Source: a virus (lineage: Duplodnaviria > Caudoviricetes). From it: 55,217 nt of DNA. Under the pieces are notes generated by a model. The model was not told the DNA's origin, searched no databases, and saw nothing but the letters and a program-made list of their open reading frames with translations. Made by a program: the position numbers and the translations under genes. How positions within the stretch are numbered: the stretch's first letter is position 1; every line of letters starts with the position of its first letter. The DNA lies in IMG/VR virus record IMGVR_UViG_3300012943_000008, positions 1 through 55,217 of that record, one strand, 5' to 3'. This document shows positions 19,852 to 30,303 of this stretch, one piece after another.

Positions 19852-20718
19852 ATGAGCGACGGCCCTTGGATCAAGTTCTACCCTGCCGATTGGCTCACCG
19901 GCACTCGCGGCATGTCGGCCGCTGAGATCGGCGTCTATATCACCCTCATTGCCATGATGTACGAGAAGGGCGCGGCGATCGTGCCCGACGTCTCGCGGCT
20001 CGCTCGCGCGTGCGGCATCCCGGCCGCGTCGTTCTCGCGCATTCTCGACACCCTGATCGAGACGCGGAAGCTCACACAAACCGACGTCGGCCTATTCAAT
20101 GAGCGCGTGCAATCCGAGCTTGCGACACGTCAACTTGCTAGCGTCACGGCCGCGAACAGTGCGCGGGCACGTTGGGATAAAACACAACAAAATCAACAGC
20201 CAGAAAATGCGCCCGCTATGCCGACGGCATCCTCGCGCGCTCGCGCAAGAAATCAGAAACCAGATATCAGAAAGGATCATCCTTCGGATGATAGTGCGAC
20301 GCTGTTCGGCAAGCCGCCAGCGACGCCGCGTGAATTCCTCGAAACAGTGCTCGACGCGAAACACGCTGACGCCGTGCTCGATCATCGGCAACGACTTCGC
20401 AAGCCACTGTCGATGCGGGCGGCCGAACTCATGGCGCAGGAATTCGCAAAGTGCTCCGATCCCAACGAGGCGGCCGATCTGATGATCGCCAAGGCATGGA
20501 CGGGGTTCAAAGCCGATTGGTGGGAGAATGAGCGGCGGGGCGGATCAGCGCCCCGTGCCGGGCCAGGCGGCCGCCGAATGACTGCCCAAGAACAAACCCG
20601 TGAAAACTTGAGAGACAAAATTGGCGACGTACTCAACCGAAGAACAGCGGCTGATGAAGGCAACGGCGATATTCGGATTGCTGGAGTCATATCATCAACT
20701 TACCGAAAAACTGACTGA
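19852..20718 (+). CDS. Replication initiator (DUF1376/YdaU-like)
   Basis: PWIKFYPADWLTGTRGMSAAEIGVYITLI; KAWTGFKADW C-terminal motif. Confidence 0.8.
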   Translation: MSDGPWIKFYPADWLTGTRGMSAAEIGVYITLIAMMYEKGAAIVPDVSRLARACGIPAASFSRILDTLIETRKLTQTDVGLFNERVQSELATRQLASVTAANSARARWDKTQQNQQPENAPAMPTASSRARARNQKPDIRKDHPSDDSATLFGKPPATPREFLETVLDAKHADAVLDHRQRLRKPLSMRAAELMAQEFAKCSDPNEAADLMIAKAWTGFKADWWENERRGGSAPRAGPGGRRMTAQEQTRENLRDKIGDVLNRRTAADEGNGDIRIAGVISSTYRKTD

Positions 20719-21136
20719 ATCGTTTCTCGATGGCTTCGTGAGGCAAGTCGAGGATTGCCGGCCAGAAGCGGTTCAACAGGCGTGCGACCGGATCGCCTCA
20801 GGCCGGGCGCCTGGGGTTAACTCGAACTTCCCGCCGACGCCTGCCGACGTCGCGATTTCGGCGCGGCTATTCGAGGATATCGCCGCGCGAGGGGAGGGGC
20901 GCGAGCTCCGGCTTCACAACGGCCTGATCGAAATGGATTGGGGGCGCGGCCGCGTCGATATGCGCGGCCTGACGACGGAGGAACAGGATCAGATTATCGA
21001 CGCCGGGGGCATGATCGGCAAGCAGAACGCGGCGACGCTGAACCTCGAGGAAAAGCGCGCGGCGTTGAAGGGGATCGAGCTCGAGAACAAGAGCGAAGCG
21101 CCGAAGCCGCGGCTCCAGAGGATGACTGATCAATGA
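20621..21136 (+). CDS. Putative initiator partner (helicase loader-like); start uncertain
   Basis: Overlaps the end of the initiator; EAVQQAC...NFPPTPAD motif. Confidence 0.5.
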   Translation: MATYSTEEQRLMKATAIFGLLESYHQLTEKLTESFLDGFVRQVEDCRPEAVQQACDRIASGRAPGVNSNFPPTPADVAISARLFEDIAARGEGRELRLHNGLIEMDWGRGRVDMRGLTTEEQDQIIDAGGMIGKQNAATLNLEEKRAALKGIELENKSEAPKPRLQRMTDQ

Positions 21137-21942
21137 GCTCGTTCGATCCCGATGAGTTTTGGGCGCCCAAAGAGGACAAGCGGGAAACCGTGCGGCGCAT
21201 GTTCGCAAAGGCCGGGATCACGCCCGACGGCGGCGAGATCATCGGCGGCCGGCCGGAACCTCAGGGGATGAACCTGCGCCCGATCGATGAGCGCGACGGG
21301 TTCTTCGTGCCCGACGGTGGCGAGCGGCCGATCTCGCCGACCCTGGCTGAGCTCGTGCATTATCGGCCGCGGTCGACTCGAGTCGACGTGCCGGGCTCCG
21401 ACGAAGGCGAGCTCGCCAGCTTGGAGGAATCGATCCGTGGCTAGAACCGACACCTTCACCCGTGTGACCGGCGGCGGCTGGCGCAAGATCATGGAATACA
21501 ACGGGGCGCTGTTCTATCAGGCGGTCGGTGCGCCGGACGTGTGGATGCGCTCGAGCATGGTCAACGGCCGTGAGCTCCTATCCTACGCCTGGGACGGCGA
21601 CGGGCTCGTGTGGCATAGCCTGACCGAATTGCTCCAGGCGATCGAGCGAGGTCCGCTCGAATGATCACCGTCGACGATCTCAAAAAGCTCGAGTGGAAAT
21701 TCACCATGCACGCCGACGGCGGCGACAAGCGCGGCCGCTTCTCGATCAACTTCGCCAGCGCTGAATTCCGGGGTGAGAAAATCGAGGGCTGGAAAAAGGT
21801 GTGGCGCGCACACCCTGGCGTGTACGAGTCCGGCTATCGGTTCCGAGACATGACGTTCCCGACGCTCGCCAGCATTGCGCAATTTATCAACAAGGCGACG
21901 GACGTCGGTGACGAAACCCGCGGCGTTGGCAATGACGACTGA
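21133..21942 (+). CDS. Three hypothetical genes (21133-21444, 21437-21664, 21661-21942)
   Basis: Coupled starts and stops with RBSs. Confidence 0.55.
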
Positions 21943-22013
21943 TCGGGGTAATGTCCCGATCACCGCGGGGCAGGCGGCTCCATAGCAACAGCAAAATCTA
22001 ACGGAGCTTCAAC

Positions 22014-22478
22014 ATGGTTTCCAAACGTCCGGATCGCTCGATCCTCGGCAAAGACTTGATGATGGGCGGCCAGGGCCAGCTTATCTCTGCGATGAGCGGC
22101 ACGAAGATCGATATCACTCCCAAGTGCGTCGACTGCTCGATCACGGTCGGCGCCGAAGCCGACGACGCCCGCGCGATCACGATCCAGCTCAAGGACGCCG
22201 ACGGCGACGATATCGATTATGTCGAAGAGGTCGAGATCGGCCTGTTCCTCGACGCCGGCCGGCTGGCCTATGTCGTGACCGGCGGCTCGACCGGCATCGC
22301 GATCGGCACTGACGGCGCGCTGCTCACCCTGGTGGCGAAGAAACGCTTCCTCGCCACGTCCGAGGCCGACGGCGATATCGATCTGACCTGGACGGACACC
22401 GGCACGGAAGTTGCGTTCCTCGGCGTGAAGCTGCCTACGGGCCGCTGGGTCATGTCGAGCGCACTGACCAACGCCTAA
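22014..22478 (+). CDS. Standalone beta-rich hypothetical protein, possibly a virion protein
   Basis: GGAG RBS, strong codon bias, own terminator. Confidence 0.7.
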   Translation: MVSKRPDRSILGKDLMMGGQGQLISAMSGTKIDITPKCVDCSITVGAEADDARAITIQLKDADGDDIDYVEEVEIGLFLDAGRLAYVVTGGSTGIAIGTDGALLTLVAKKRFLATSEADGDIDLTWTDTGTEVAFLGVKLPTGRWVMSSALTNA

Positions 22479-22497
22479 CCTCTGGCGGGGACGGGGC

Positions 22498-22531
22498 CGG
22501 CCGGGGCTGCTGGAAAGCGCCCCGGCCTTCT
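22498..22531. terminator. GC-rich hairpin between convergent transcription units
   Basis: GGCCGGGGC...GCCCCGGCC followed by TTCT. Confidence 0.6.
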
Positions 22532-24588
22532 CATGTCATCGGTTGCCAGTACCGCCCGATGAATATCGCGACGCCAGCAATCACCAGCGCCGCGATGATG
22601 ATCCAGAAGATGATGTGCTCGCGGCGCGTCAATTTCGCCCCTCGAGGTAATCGATCAGCGGCAACGCCGCCTTGGGGGCGCGAACCTTCGGGCCGCCTCC
22701 CCATGCCGCCCACGCTTCTTTGGCCGCCTGGATGATCCTGCCGGCCGGGCGCACGCCTTTAAGCCGCATGCGGTTGGTGTGGGCTTTGTTGAGCTCGAGC
22801 CCGTTCGCGATCGCCAGCCGCAAGATCGATCGCGTGTCGCTGGGCAGGGCGGCGCCGGGCACGGTAATGGTGACCAGCAGGGTCACGTCCTTACGCTTGG
22901 GCTTTGCCACGTTCGGCCTCCTTGTATGCGGCGATCCCTGCCGTGAGGGCCTTGTCGATATCGGCGATCGCGGCGTTGATCGTCTCGATCCGGGCGGCGT
23001 TCTTGTCGATCTTGCCGGCCTCGGGGGCGTAACCCTTGGAGGCGCGGCGCTGCACGCGGGCGAGCTCGCGGGTGAGGCAAGAGCGCATGGCCCTCGCCTC
23101 ATAGTAGCCGGTCGAGATCGCGATCGGGGCCTGGGCGATATCGACGATCATGGCTTCACCTTCGCCGCGATCTTCACGCGCTTGACGTAATCGCGGAAAA
23201 TCTCGTCTTTCTCACCGTTGGCGGCCTCGCGATCGGTAAGCACCGCCTCGAGGATTTCGACGCCATCGCGCAAGATATCGCGCGGGTTCTTGTAGGCGTA
23301 CTCGATCGCCTCCTTGTCGAACGTCGCGTGATCCGCCTTCCGGTGCAGCTTGCGAAGCTTCGCCCGCTGCTCGATGGCGATATCTTCGATCGCGTCGGCC
23401 GCCTCGCGCAATCTGGCGACGCCCGTAAACAGGGCGCCGTCGTCGATGTAGGTCCAGGCGAGGTCGGTGAGCTCGCGCGGCGTGGTCTTGGGCTTACGGG
23501 GCATCTTACTTCGCCTCTCTGCGGCGATATCGCCGCGTTCCGTTGATGATGGCCGACACGCTCGGCCGCGGCGTGCGCTTGTCCGTCACGTCGCGAATGA
23601 GCGATTGGATCGTTCGGGCCTCGCGGCGCGTGCGGGCGGTGATCTTGACGTGCAATTCCCAATCCTTAGCGGGCATCGGCGCCTCCGATGATGTTGCCTT
23701 CGGCGTCGATGATCCCTTGCCGGATCGCCTCGGCCTCGATCGCCTCGAGGCACTTCGCCTGAGACGTGAACCCGCGGGGGCCGGGGGCGACGCGCTTGCC
23801 GCGCACCGTCCCGTTGTAGAAGTTGGCGCGCGGGCCGGGCGTGCTGAGCACGGCGCCGATCTCGGCGTTGAGCCGGACATAGTTGCCCACGCCGTAGCTG
23901 TAGCTGGCGAACTCGAACCCGCGAGGCGAAACGATCTTCATCGCCTTCGCGTTGAGCCGGCCGTCGCGCTTCACGCGCTCGATATACTCGCGGGTCATGA
24001 GTAAACCTCCTTTCCGAAGATGATGAATTGCCATGCGTAATCGAACGTCGCATCGTCGTCGTTCTCAGTCATGAACTGAGCCCAAGCGCGCGGCTCCTTC
24101 TGCGCCATGAGGGTGAGGCCGGTGACGATCGCCGCAAGATCGTAGGTCTTAGTTCGCCGCGCCCCAATTTCGGGCGTGTATGTGACCGTTGCGCCGATCG
24201 GCTTGGGGGCGTGGTGCGGGGTGAGCTCGTGCATCCACGACGCCGATATGCTGCCGCCGTGCCCGAACAAAAGCCGTTCGATCTGCTCGCGAGTGAGATC
24301 GGTCGCGATCGACGGCTTGCCGATGATCTCTTCGACGCCGCCGGCAATATCGTTCGTCCGGCTCTCGAGCCACACGCCGAATCCGTTCCCCTCGCCATAG
24401 TGGCGGGTCACGATCGTGTGGTGCTTGGGATCGGGCACGCCTTCGCGGGTCTTATAGACCGCCCAAATGATGATGTTGTCGCTCGCGTGCCAAAGGCCCT
24501 TGAGCCCGTAGCCGCGGGCCTCGAACTCGGCCCGGAACTTGAGCCAGCGCGGATCGTCCAGCGGGTCGTTCACTGACTTCATAGGCAT
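22531..24588 (-). CDS. Leftward early genes: 23995-24588, 23666-23998, 23506-23676, 23148-23504, 22891-23151, 22629-22910, 22531-22632 (all hypothetical)
   Basis: Tightly tiled ORFs with GGAG/GAGG RBSs. Confidence 0.6.
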
Positions 24589-24645
24589 TCGGTCTTCTCC
24601 TGGTTTGCCGGTGGGGCGTCGATCTCTCGGCGCCCGGCGAGCAAG

Positions 24646-26655
24646 TCAGTTCTGCACCTTCTCGGGCTCGTCGACCTTGCCGTGCTTGGCTTCCCATGCT
24701 TCGAGCCGTGCCAGCCCGCCCGGCGTGATCTTCCAATTCCCGGAACTGATCAGCCCCTCTTCGACAAGGACTCCGATCATGCGGTTGACGGCGCCGCCCA
24801 TATTCGACGTGTAATCCCAGCCCCTCCAGCCGCCGACCCAGCGATACCGTGGGCCTTTGCCGGCGCGGCACGCTGCCAGCGCGTCGGCCTGGCGCGGGGT
24901 AAGCACGGCATTCTCTGCCCGCTCTGCCCGCCGCGCTTCCTCGGCGTCGGCCGCTCTTTGGCGCGCGGCGCGATCTTCGCGCTCGGCCTCGAGCTCGCGT
25001 TCGATCCTCGCTGCAAGCTCATGCTCCTGGGTGTTGCGGAAAACCTCGATCGCCCGCAACGCTTCCTCTTCGGTGATCCTGAAATCGATGATCAAGCGCC
25101 TCACGCCTTCTCTCCCAAAAGCCGCTGAGCCGCGGCAAGCTGTGCTCTCTGCACCGTGTTGTTCCGATCCGGCGTCACCGATAGGATTCGCACCATCAGC
25201 TTGAGCCTGTCGGGGTTCTTCGTTCCCGTGATCCGCGCGTCGCGGGCCGGGCCTATCTTTGTGACTACGGGCATTCATCCGACTCCATTGCCCAACGGGC
25301 GCGGGCATAGGCGGCCGCTGCCCGATCTTGAAAATCCGCCCACGCCTCGGCGTCCCTGAAAATCCGCGCCATTGCCGACCAATAGGCGCCGTCGGCCTGG
25401 GCATCGATCGCGATCTCGCGCCAATACTTCGGCATCACGCGGCCCAACGCTCGCCCATGCCGACCTGCCCTTCGATCTGCATCGATCCGAGTTGAGCGTC
25501 GAGCCGGCACCAAGCTTCATAGTCTTCGGCCGTCATGTCATCGATCGGTAGCCAGCCGTCGGCGCCGCGAATGTCGTCATATTCGGGCTTGTTCTTGATC
25601 GCGTCCCGCGCCGCCATCGTCTCGGCATATGCCTTCGTGCAAGGCGTGCTGCCGTCGAAGTTGGGCCAAATCAGCATGTCGTCGAATTCAAACTTGGGCA
25701 TGATCAAACCTCTTCGATCTTCGCCCGCTGAACCGCGGGGCTATCCGGGAAAGCTTCCTCGAGCTTGGTCAGCGCCTCGAGGGCGTCGGCCCAGCATTCG
25801 AACTTCATCGCGTCGGGGAATTCCTCGCCCCACTTGTTGACGCTGCCGACGTAGTACCGCCGGCCCAGCGGGTTTTCGTTCACGAGAACGAAGCGCACCT
25901 TCACGATCTCCATTTCCATCTTGCTCTCCTGGTCTGTCCGAAGCGCCCGCGCGGGGCGCCTCACACCGATCAGGCGGCAGGCTCTTCGGCCATAATCGCG
26001 CGCACCGCTCGCTCGGCCCGCTCGATTGTCTCGCGGGCGATCCGCAAGTGATCGAGCGCGACGTCGAATTCCTCCATGCCCATGTCGTCGCTGGCGGCTT
26101 GAAGGGCACCGATCGCGCGACCCACGACATTGCGGGCTGCATTGGTGATCTGGATATCGGCCATTCGGTATCTCCTGGGTTGGTCCGGTGGGGCGTCCGA
26201 CACGCGGGCGCCCGGCGGGATCAAGCCGCGAGCTTGTCGGCGTACTCGGTGACGGGCTTCAACCATTCGGCGAAGGCGTCCAGGTCCGGCGCGCTGTAGT
26301 CAGCGATAAGCTCTTCGGGGGCGTTGCCGTAGATCAGTTGAACCGCTGCGATCTTGGCGCCGACGTTGTTCGTCGTCTTGTCGGCTGGGTTCCGGATCAC
26401 CAGCGTGTCGCCGTCGGTGCTCGCCAGGGCCGCCATGATCGTGCGCTCGTCGGCGCACTTCTTCACAACCCATTCTTCGCCGTCGTTGACGCTGATCACA
26501 TATCCGGCCGCAAGGGCCTGCTGAACCAGCTTCCGGGCGACCTTGCCCTCACCGATCAGCCGCTTTGCCGTTTCCTTGTCGCCCCGTGCCTTGGCCTCGG
26601 CGGCGTACTTGGCGAATTCCGTCTGGAACCGCGGGGGATCATTCCGAGTCGCCAT
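24646..26655 (-). CDS. Leftward early genes: 26221-26655, 25970-26164, 25704-25919, 25435-25701, 25265-25435, 25101-25274, 24646-25104 (all hypothetical)
   Basis: Tiled ORFs with strong RBSs (GGAGG, CCAGGAGA). Confidence 0.6.
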
Positions 26656-26802
26656 TCGCGACCTCCCTGTTCTCAACCCTACGCTGGAAACATAGGCGCA
26701 AACGTCGAAGAGAAAAAGCCGGGGAGAGTAAAAGGGTTTTCTCTTTTACAAATCAAATCGGGGTGCTATGAGCATTTTATCGCGGAGAAATGAGAAACCG
26801 AC

Positions 26803-26961
26803 ATGGCCCGCCCGAAAGCTACTGATCCCGTGGTACAGCGGAACTATTACCTGCCCAAATCCGAGCTCGAAGCCTTCGAAAACAAGGCCCGGCAAGATGG
26901 CAGAAAGCCCGCGGAGATCGTCGCCGATCTCGTCAAGAAATGGACGTCTGGCGATGCGTGA
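26803..26961 (+). CDS. 52-aa ribbon-helix-helix (CopG/Arc-like) regulator, not in the ORF track
   Basis: MARPKATDPVVQRNYYLPKSELEAFENKARQDGRKPAEIVADLVKKW; first gene at the second divergent junction. Confidence 0.65.
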   Translation: MARPKATDPVVQRNYYLPKSELEAFENKARQDGRKPAEIVADLVKKWTSGDA

Positions 26962-27417
26962 TCCGTTCGTCACCACGGCGGAACTCGTCGCCGGCGCCCC
27001 ACCGATGACGCTCGTCGAGCGCCTGAATTTCTTCACCGCCGCCGATCGCTGGAAAGGCCCGCGCCTGATCGCCTACAAGGGCTTCGATCCGCGCCCCTTC
27101 CACTCGCTGCCGGTGTTCTATTTCGAGGCCGGGGGCTGGTTCGATACCCTCACCGGCGAAGCATGGGAGGCACCCCAATGAAGATGATCAAGCCGGAGAC
27201 GATCGCCTTTAAGGCGTCAGTCACCGAAGATGAAATCCGTCACCGCATGGTCATGGAAGTGCTCGAGGGGATCGGCGGGCTCGACGCTGAAACCGGCAAG
27301 CCGCTGCCCGGCATCAAGTGGCACGTCACGCGCAATTCGTCGCGCGCCGGCGGCTACAATATCGAGATCACCGGCCCGATGCCCGTCCGTCTCTTCCTGC
27401 CGCGTCCCGGTGAATGA
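26954..27417 (+). CDS. Two hypothetical genes (26954-27181, 27178-27417)
   Basis: Coupled ORFs; GGAGG RBS before 27178. Confidence 0.55.
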
Positions 27418-28022
27418 CAGATATCGCCGATCAACTCGCGGCATATGCCGGGCCGCCGGTGGAATGCCTACTGGCAGACCCGCCGTGGTTTTTCCGCTCG
27501 CGCACGGATCAGGTGAGCAACCGCGACCCGCAAAATCACTACTCGGTCATGGGGCACAAGGAAATTGCCGCGCTCCCCGTGAAACAAATCCTCGCGCCGG
27601 ACGCGCACCTGTTCCTGTGGGCGACGGGGCCGTGCCTGCCGTTCGCGTTCGACGTGATGAAGGCGTGGGGGTTCCGCTATAGCGGGGTCGGTTTCAATTG
27701 GATCAAGATGCGAAAATCGTACGATCCGATGCAGTTACGCGTCTTGCCGACGGCCGAGTCCGATCTGTTTGTCGGGCTGGGCTTCACGACACGCAAGGGG
27801 TCGGAGTTGTGCCTAATCGGTCGGCGCGGCTCGGCAAAGCGCATTGCTAAGGACGTGCGCGAAGTGATCCTCGCCCCGGTGCGCGAACATTCCCGCAAGC
27901 CGGATGAAGCGCGCCGGCGGATTGAGCGCTACGTCGGGCCGGGCAAGGTCATGGTCGAGCTTTTCGGTCGCGCCCAGGCTCCGGGCTGGCATGTGCTCGG
28001 AAACGAAACGGAGAAGTTCTAA
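27414..28022 (+). CDS. MT-A70 family N6-adenine methyltransferase
   Basis: ADPPW catalytic motif, HLFLWAT, WGFRY, REHSRKPDE, ELFGR. Confidence 0.92.
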   Translation: MTDIADQLAAYAGPPVECLLADPPWFFRSRTDQVSNRDPQNHYSVMGHKEIAALPVKQILAPDAHLFLWATGPCLPFAFDVMKAWGFRYSGVGFNWIKMRKSYDPMQLRVLPTAESDLFVGLGFTTRKGSELCLIGRRGSAKRIAKDVREVILAPVREHSRKPDEARRRIERYVGPGKVMVELFGRAQAPGWHVLGNETEKF

Positions 28023-28307
28023 ATGGCCCTCAACAGCGACGACAAACGGCACCAACTGGCGATGGCCCTCGGCGTCACGATCCAGCGTTTCACGCAAAGC
28101 GTTTCGATGCTGATCGAAGATATCCTCTATGCGCTCTGTTTCACCGCCGGGCACGCCCTGGCGCAAAAAGCGGCGAAGAAATTCAAGGCCGAAAAAGACC
28201 TTCGCGAGTTGTGCATCACGGCGCTCGATCACGGCATCCGGGAGGGCAACAAGGTAGGCGACGCGCCGCCCCTGATCATGCCGAACAAAAACATCATCTT
28301 GAACTGA
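28023..28307 (+). CDS. Hypothetical protein
   Basis: 94-aa ORF abutting the methyltransferase stop. Confidence 0.6.
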   Translation: MALNSDDKRHQLAMALGVTIQRFTQSVSMLIEDILYALCFTAGHALAQKAAKKFKAEKDLRELCITALDHGIREGNKVGDAPPLIMPNKNIILN

Positions 28308-28353
28308 ATTCGGCCGGCATCCCGCCGCGCCGTGGAAAGGGAGACTTTAACGC

Positions 28354-28986
28354 ATGAACACATTGCGCAATTCGCTGCTCTTGTCGGCGGTGTACTTCAT
28401 GTTGCCGGAAGGCGGCGTCGTTGGCGATGGGGCTAACGGTGGCGGCGGTGGCATGACGGATCGCCAGCGCGCACTGGCCGATGCTGTCGCGCAACTCGAC
28501 GACGCCAACGATGATCATTGGCTGGGCGACGGCAAGCCGCGCATGGAAGCGGTCGAAGCGATCTTCGGCGACACGACTCCGACCCGCGAAGAAGTCGACA
28601 AGGTTGGGCGCGTTCGCAAGACGCCGGGCACGGATTCGGAATTGCCGGCGCCGGCGTCGACCCAGCCGGACCCGAATCCGCCGCCGCCTGCCTCTAATAC
28701 CAACTCTTCGCAGTCTCCGAAGATCACGGCCGGCCGGATCGTGATCATCAACTGCCCGAAACAGGAAGACGGATCGGGCGGGATCGACGGCGACGAATCG
28801 TGTGTCGCGATCGTGACCAAGGTCCGCGACGACGGCACGATCAACGCGCATGGCTTCGCCCCGAATGGTGGCACGGCGCCGCCGTTCACCGGCGTACACT
28901 TCGCCGGCGACGTCGAATCCATGCCGGCCGGCGCCGATCGCAACGCGGCCGCGGCGATCACCTGGGATTGGCCGCCCCGCGGGTAA
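28354..28986 (+). CDS. Hypothetical two-domain protein ending in WDWPPRG
   Basis: GGGAG RBS; LDDANDDHW..DGKP domain plus GRIV..AIVTKV..W.WP domain. Confidence 0.7.
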   Translation: MNTLRNSLLLSAVYFMLPEGGVVGDGANGGGGGMTDRQRALADAVAQLDDANDDHWLGDGKPRMEAVEAIFGDTTPTREEVDKVGRVRKTPGTDSELPAPASTQPDPNPPPPASNTNSSQSPKITAGRIVIINCPKQEDGSGGIDGDESCVAIVTKVRDDGTINAHGFAPNGGTAPPFTGVHFAGDVESMPAGADRNAAAAITWDWPPRG

Positions 28987-29390
28987 GCAACCCGCCACAT
29001 AGCGCGCACGTTCTCCGCGGTGGAGGCACCCTAAACCGCGGAGAATTCAAGAAAATGACGTCGAAGACCGCACACGCCCCGGCACGATCGCCGTGCGCGT
29101 GCTGCGCTCGACCGGCGCCACCTTCGATGTGCCCGGCCCGGTCAAAAACCACGACGCCGGCGACGGATCGTTCTTATTGGACGTGGCCGGCCCAAGAGCC
29201 GCTTGCCGAAGATCGCAAGCGGGCGTAGCTATATCGCGCGGCTCTTGGGCGAGACGCCGATCTTCATTGTGTGCAATTCCCCCCCCCAGGCCCGGCGCTC
29301 TCCCGAACGCCGGGCCTTCCCATGTGGCTAGACCGACGCGGCGATCACGGCTAGAACGCTGGGGCGGAGGCGCAAAACAAATCGGGGGAC

Positions 29391-29774
29391 GTGTCGGTGA
29401 CAACTGCCGCTCTTGTACGCATTCCGACTCAGCGATCCCGAATTCAGGGCGTGTCGTGGGCGATGATCGCCACCGACACGATCGGCGAAGCGGTCGAGCT
29501 CTCCGCCCTCCAGGATCGAACGGTGCAACTGTTCGGAACATGGGACTCGGCTACTGTCGTTATCCAAGGCTCCAACGATCCGCGTGTGGTCAGCGATCCC
29601 GGGAACGCGGTATGGGCGACGCTGCGCGACCCGGCCGGCAACAATCTCAGCTTCACCGCCGACGGGCTGAAAGCGATCCTCGAGCTCCCGAAGTATATCC
29701 GGCCGGCGAAATCGGGCGGCTCTGGCTCTGACGTCGTGACGGTGATCATCAACGCCCGCGGGGACACGTTCTGA
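29391..29774 (+). CDS. Hypothetical protein, probably virion-associated
   Basis: TVQLFGTW..ATVVIQGSND..W..L...YIRP beta-sandwich pattern. Confidence 0.6.
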   Translation: MSVTTAALVRIPTQRSRIQGVSWAMIATDTIGEAVELSALQDRTVQLFGTWDSATVVIQGSNDPRVVSDPGNAVWATLRDPAGNNLSFTADGLKAILELPKYIRPAKSGGSGSDVVTVIINARGDTF

Positions 29775-30298
29775 TGCCACTCTCCCAGGAAACCAAAGAC
29801 GCCGCGAACCATATCCAGTCGCACGCGCAGGGATATCGGGCCGTGCTTGCTCTGGCCGATGCCGTCGGCGATATCGAAAAGCTTGAGGCGCTTGCCAATG
29901 AGGCGACGCAACGCAAGGCCGCGGCCTATGTCGACGTCGACAAGGTGACGGCTGAACTCGAAGCCGTGCAAGGCAAGCTCGAACAGGCGCAGGCCGGGGT
30001 TGAGACCGCGAGGGCCGATGCCGAAGCCCTCGTCGCCGACGCGCGAAAGCAGGCCGCGGCGATCATCCGAGACAGCAAAGACGAAGCCGACGAAGCCTTC
30101 CGGCGCCGCAAGGCTGAACTCGATCCGGAACTCTCCGCGATCGAGGGCAAGATCAGCACGGCACGCTCGACGCTCGCCGGCGTGAATGCCGAGATCAAGG
30201 CGGCCGAACAGGAGCTTGCCGACACTGAGGCGCGCCAAGCTGCCGCCGAAGACAAGGAACGCGCGGCGCGGGCGTACATCGCTAGCCTGAAAGACTGA
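29774..30298 (+). CDS. Coiled-coil protein
   Basis: A/E/K heptads throughout. Confidence 0.7.
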   Translation: MPLSQETKDAANHIQSHAQGYRAVLALADAVGDIEKLEALANEATQRKAAAYVDVDKVTAELEAVQGKLEQAQAGVETARADAEALVADARKQAAAIIRDSKDEADEAFRRRKAELDPELSAIEGKISTARSTLAGVNAEIKAAEQELADTEARQAAAEDKERAARAYIASLKD

Positions 30299-30303
30299 GC
30301 GGC

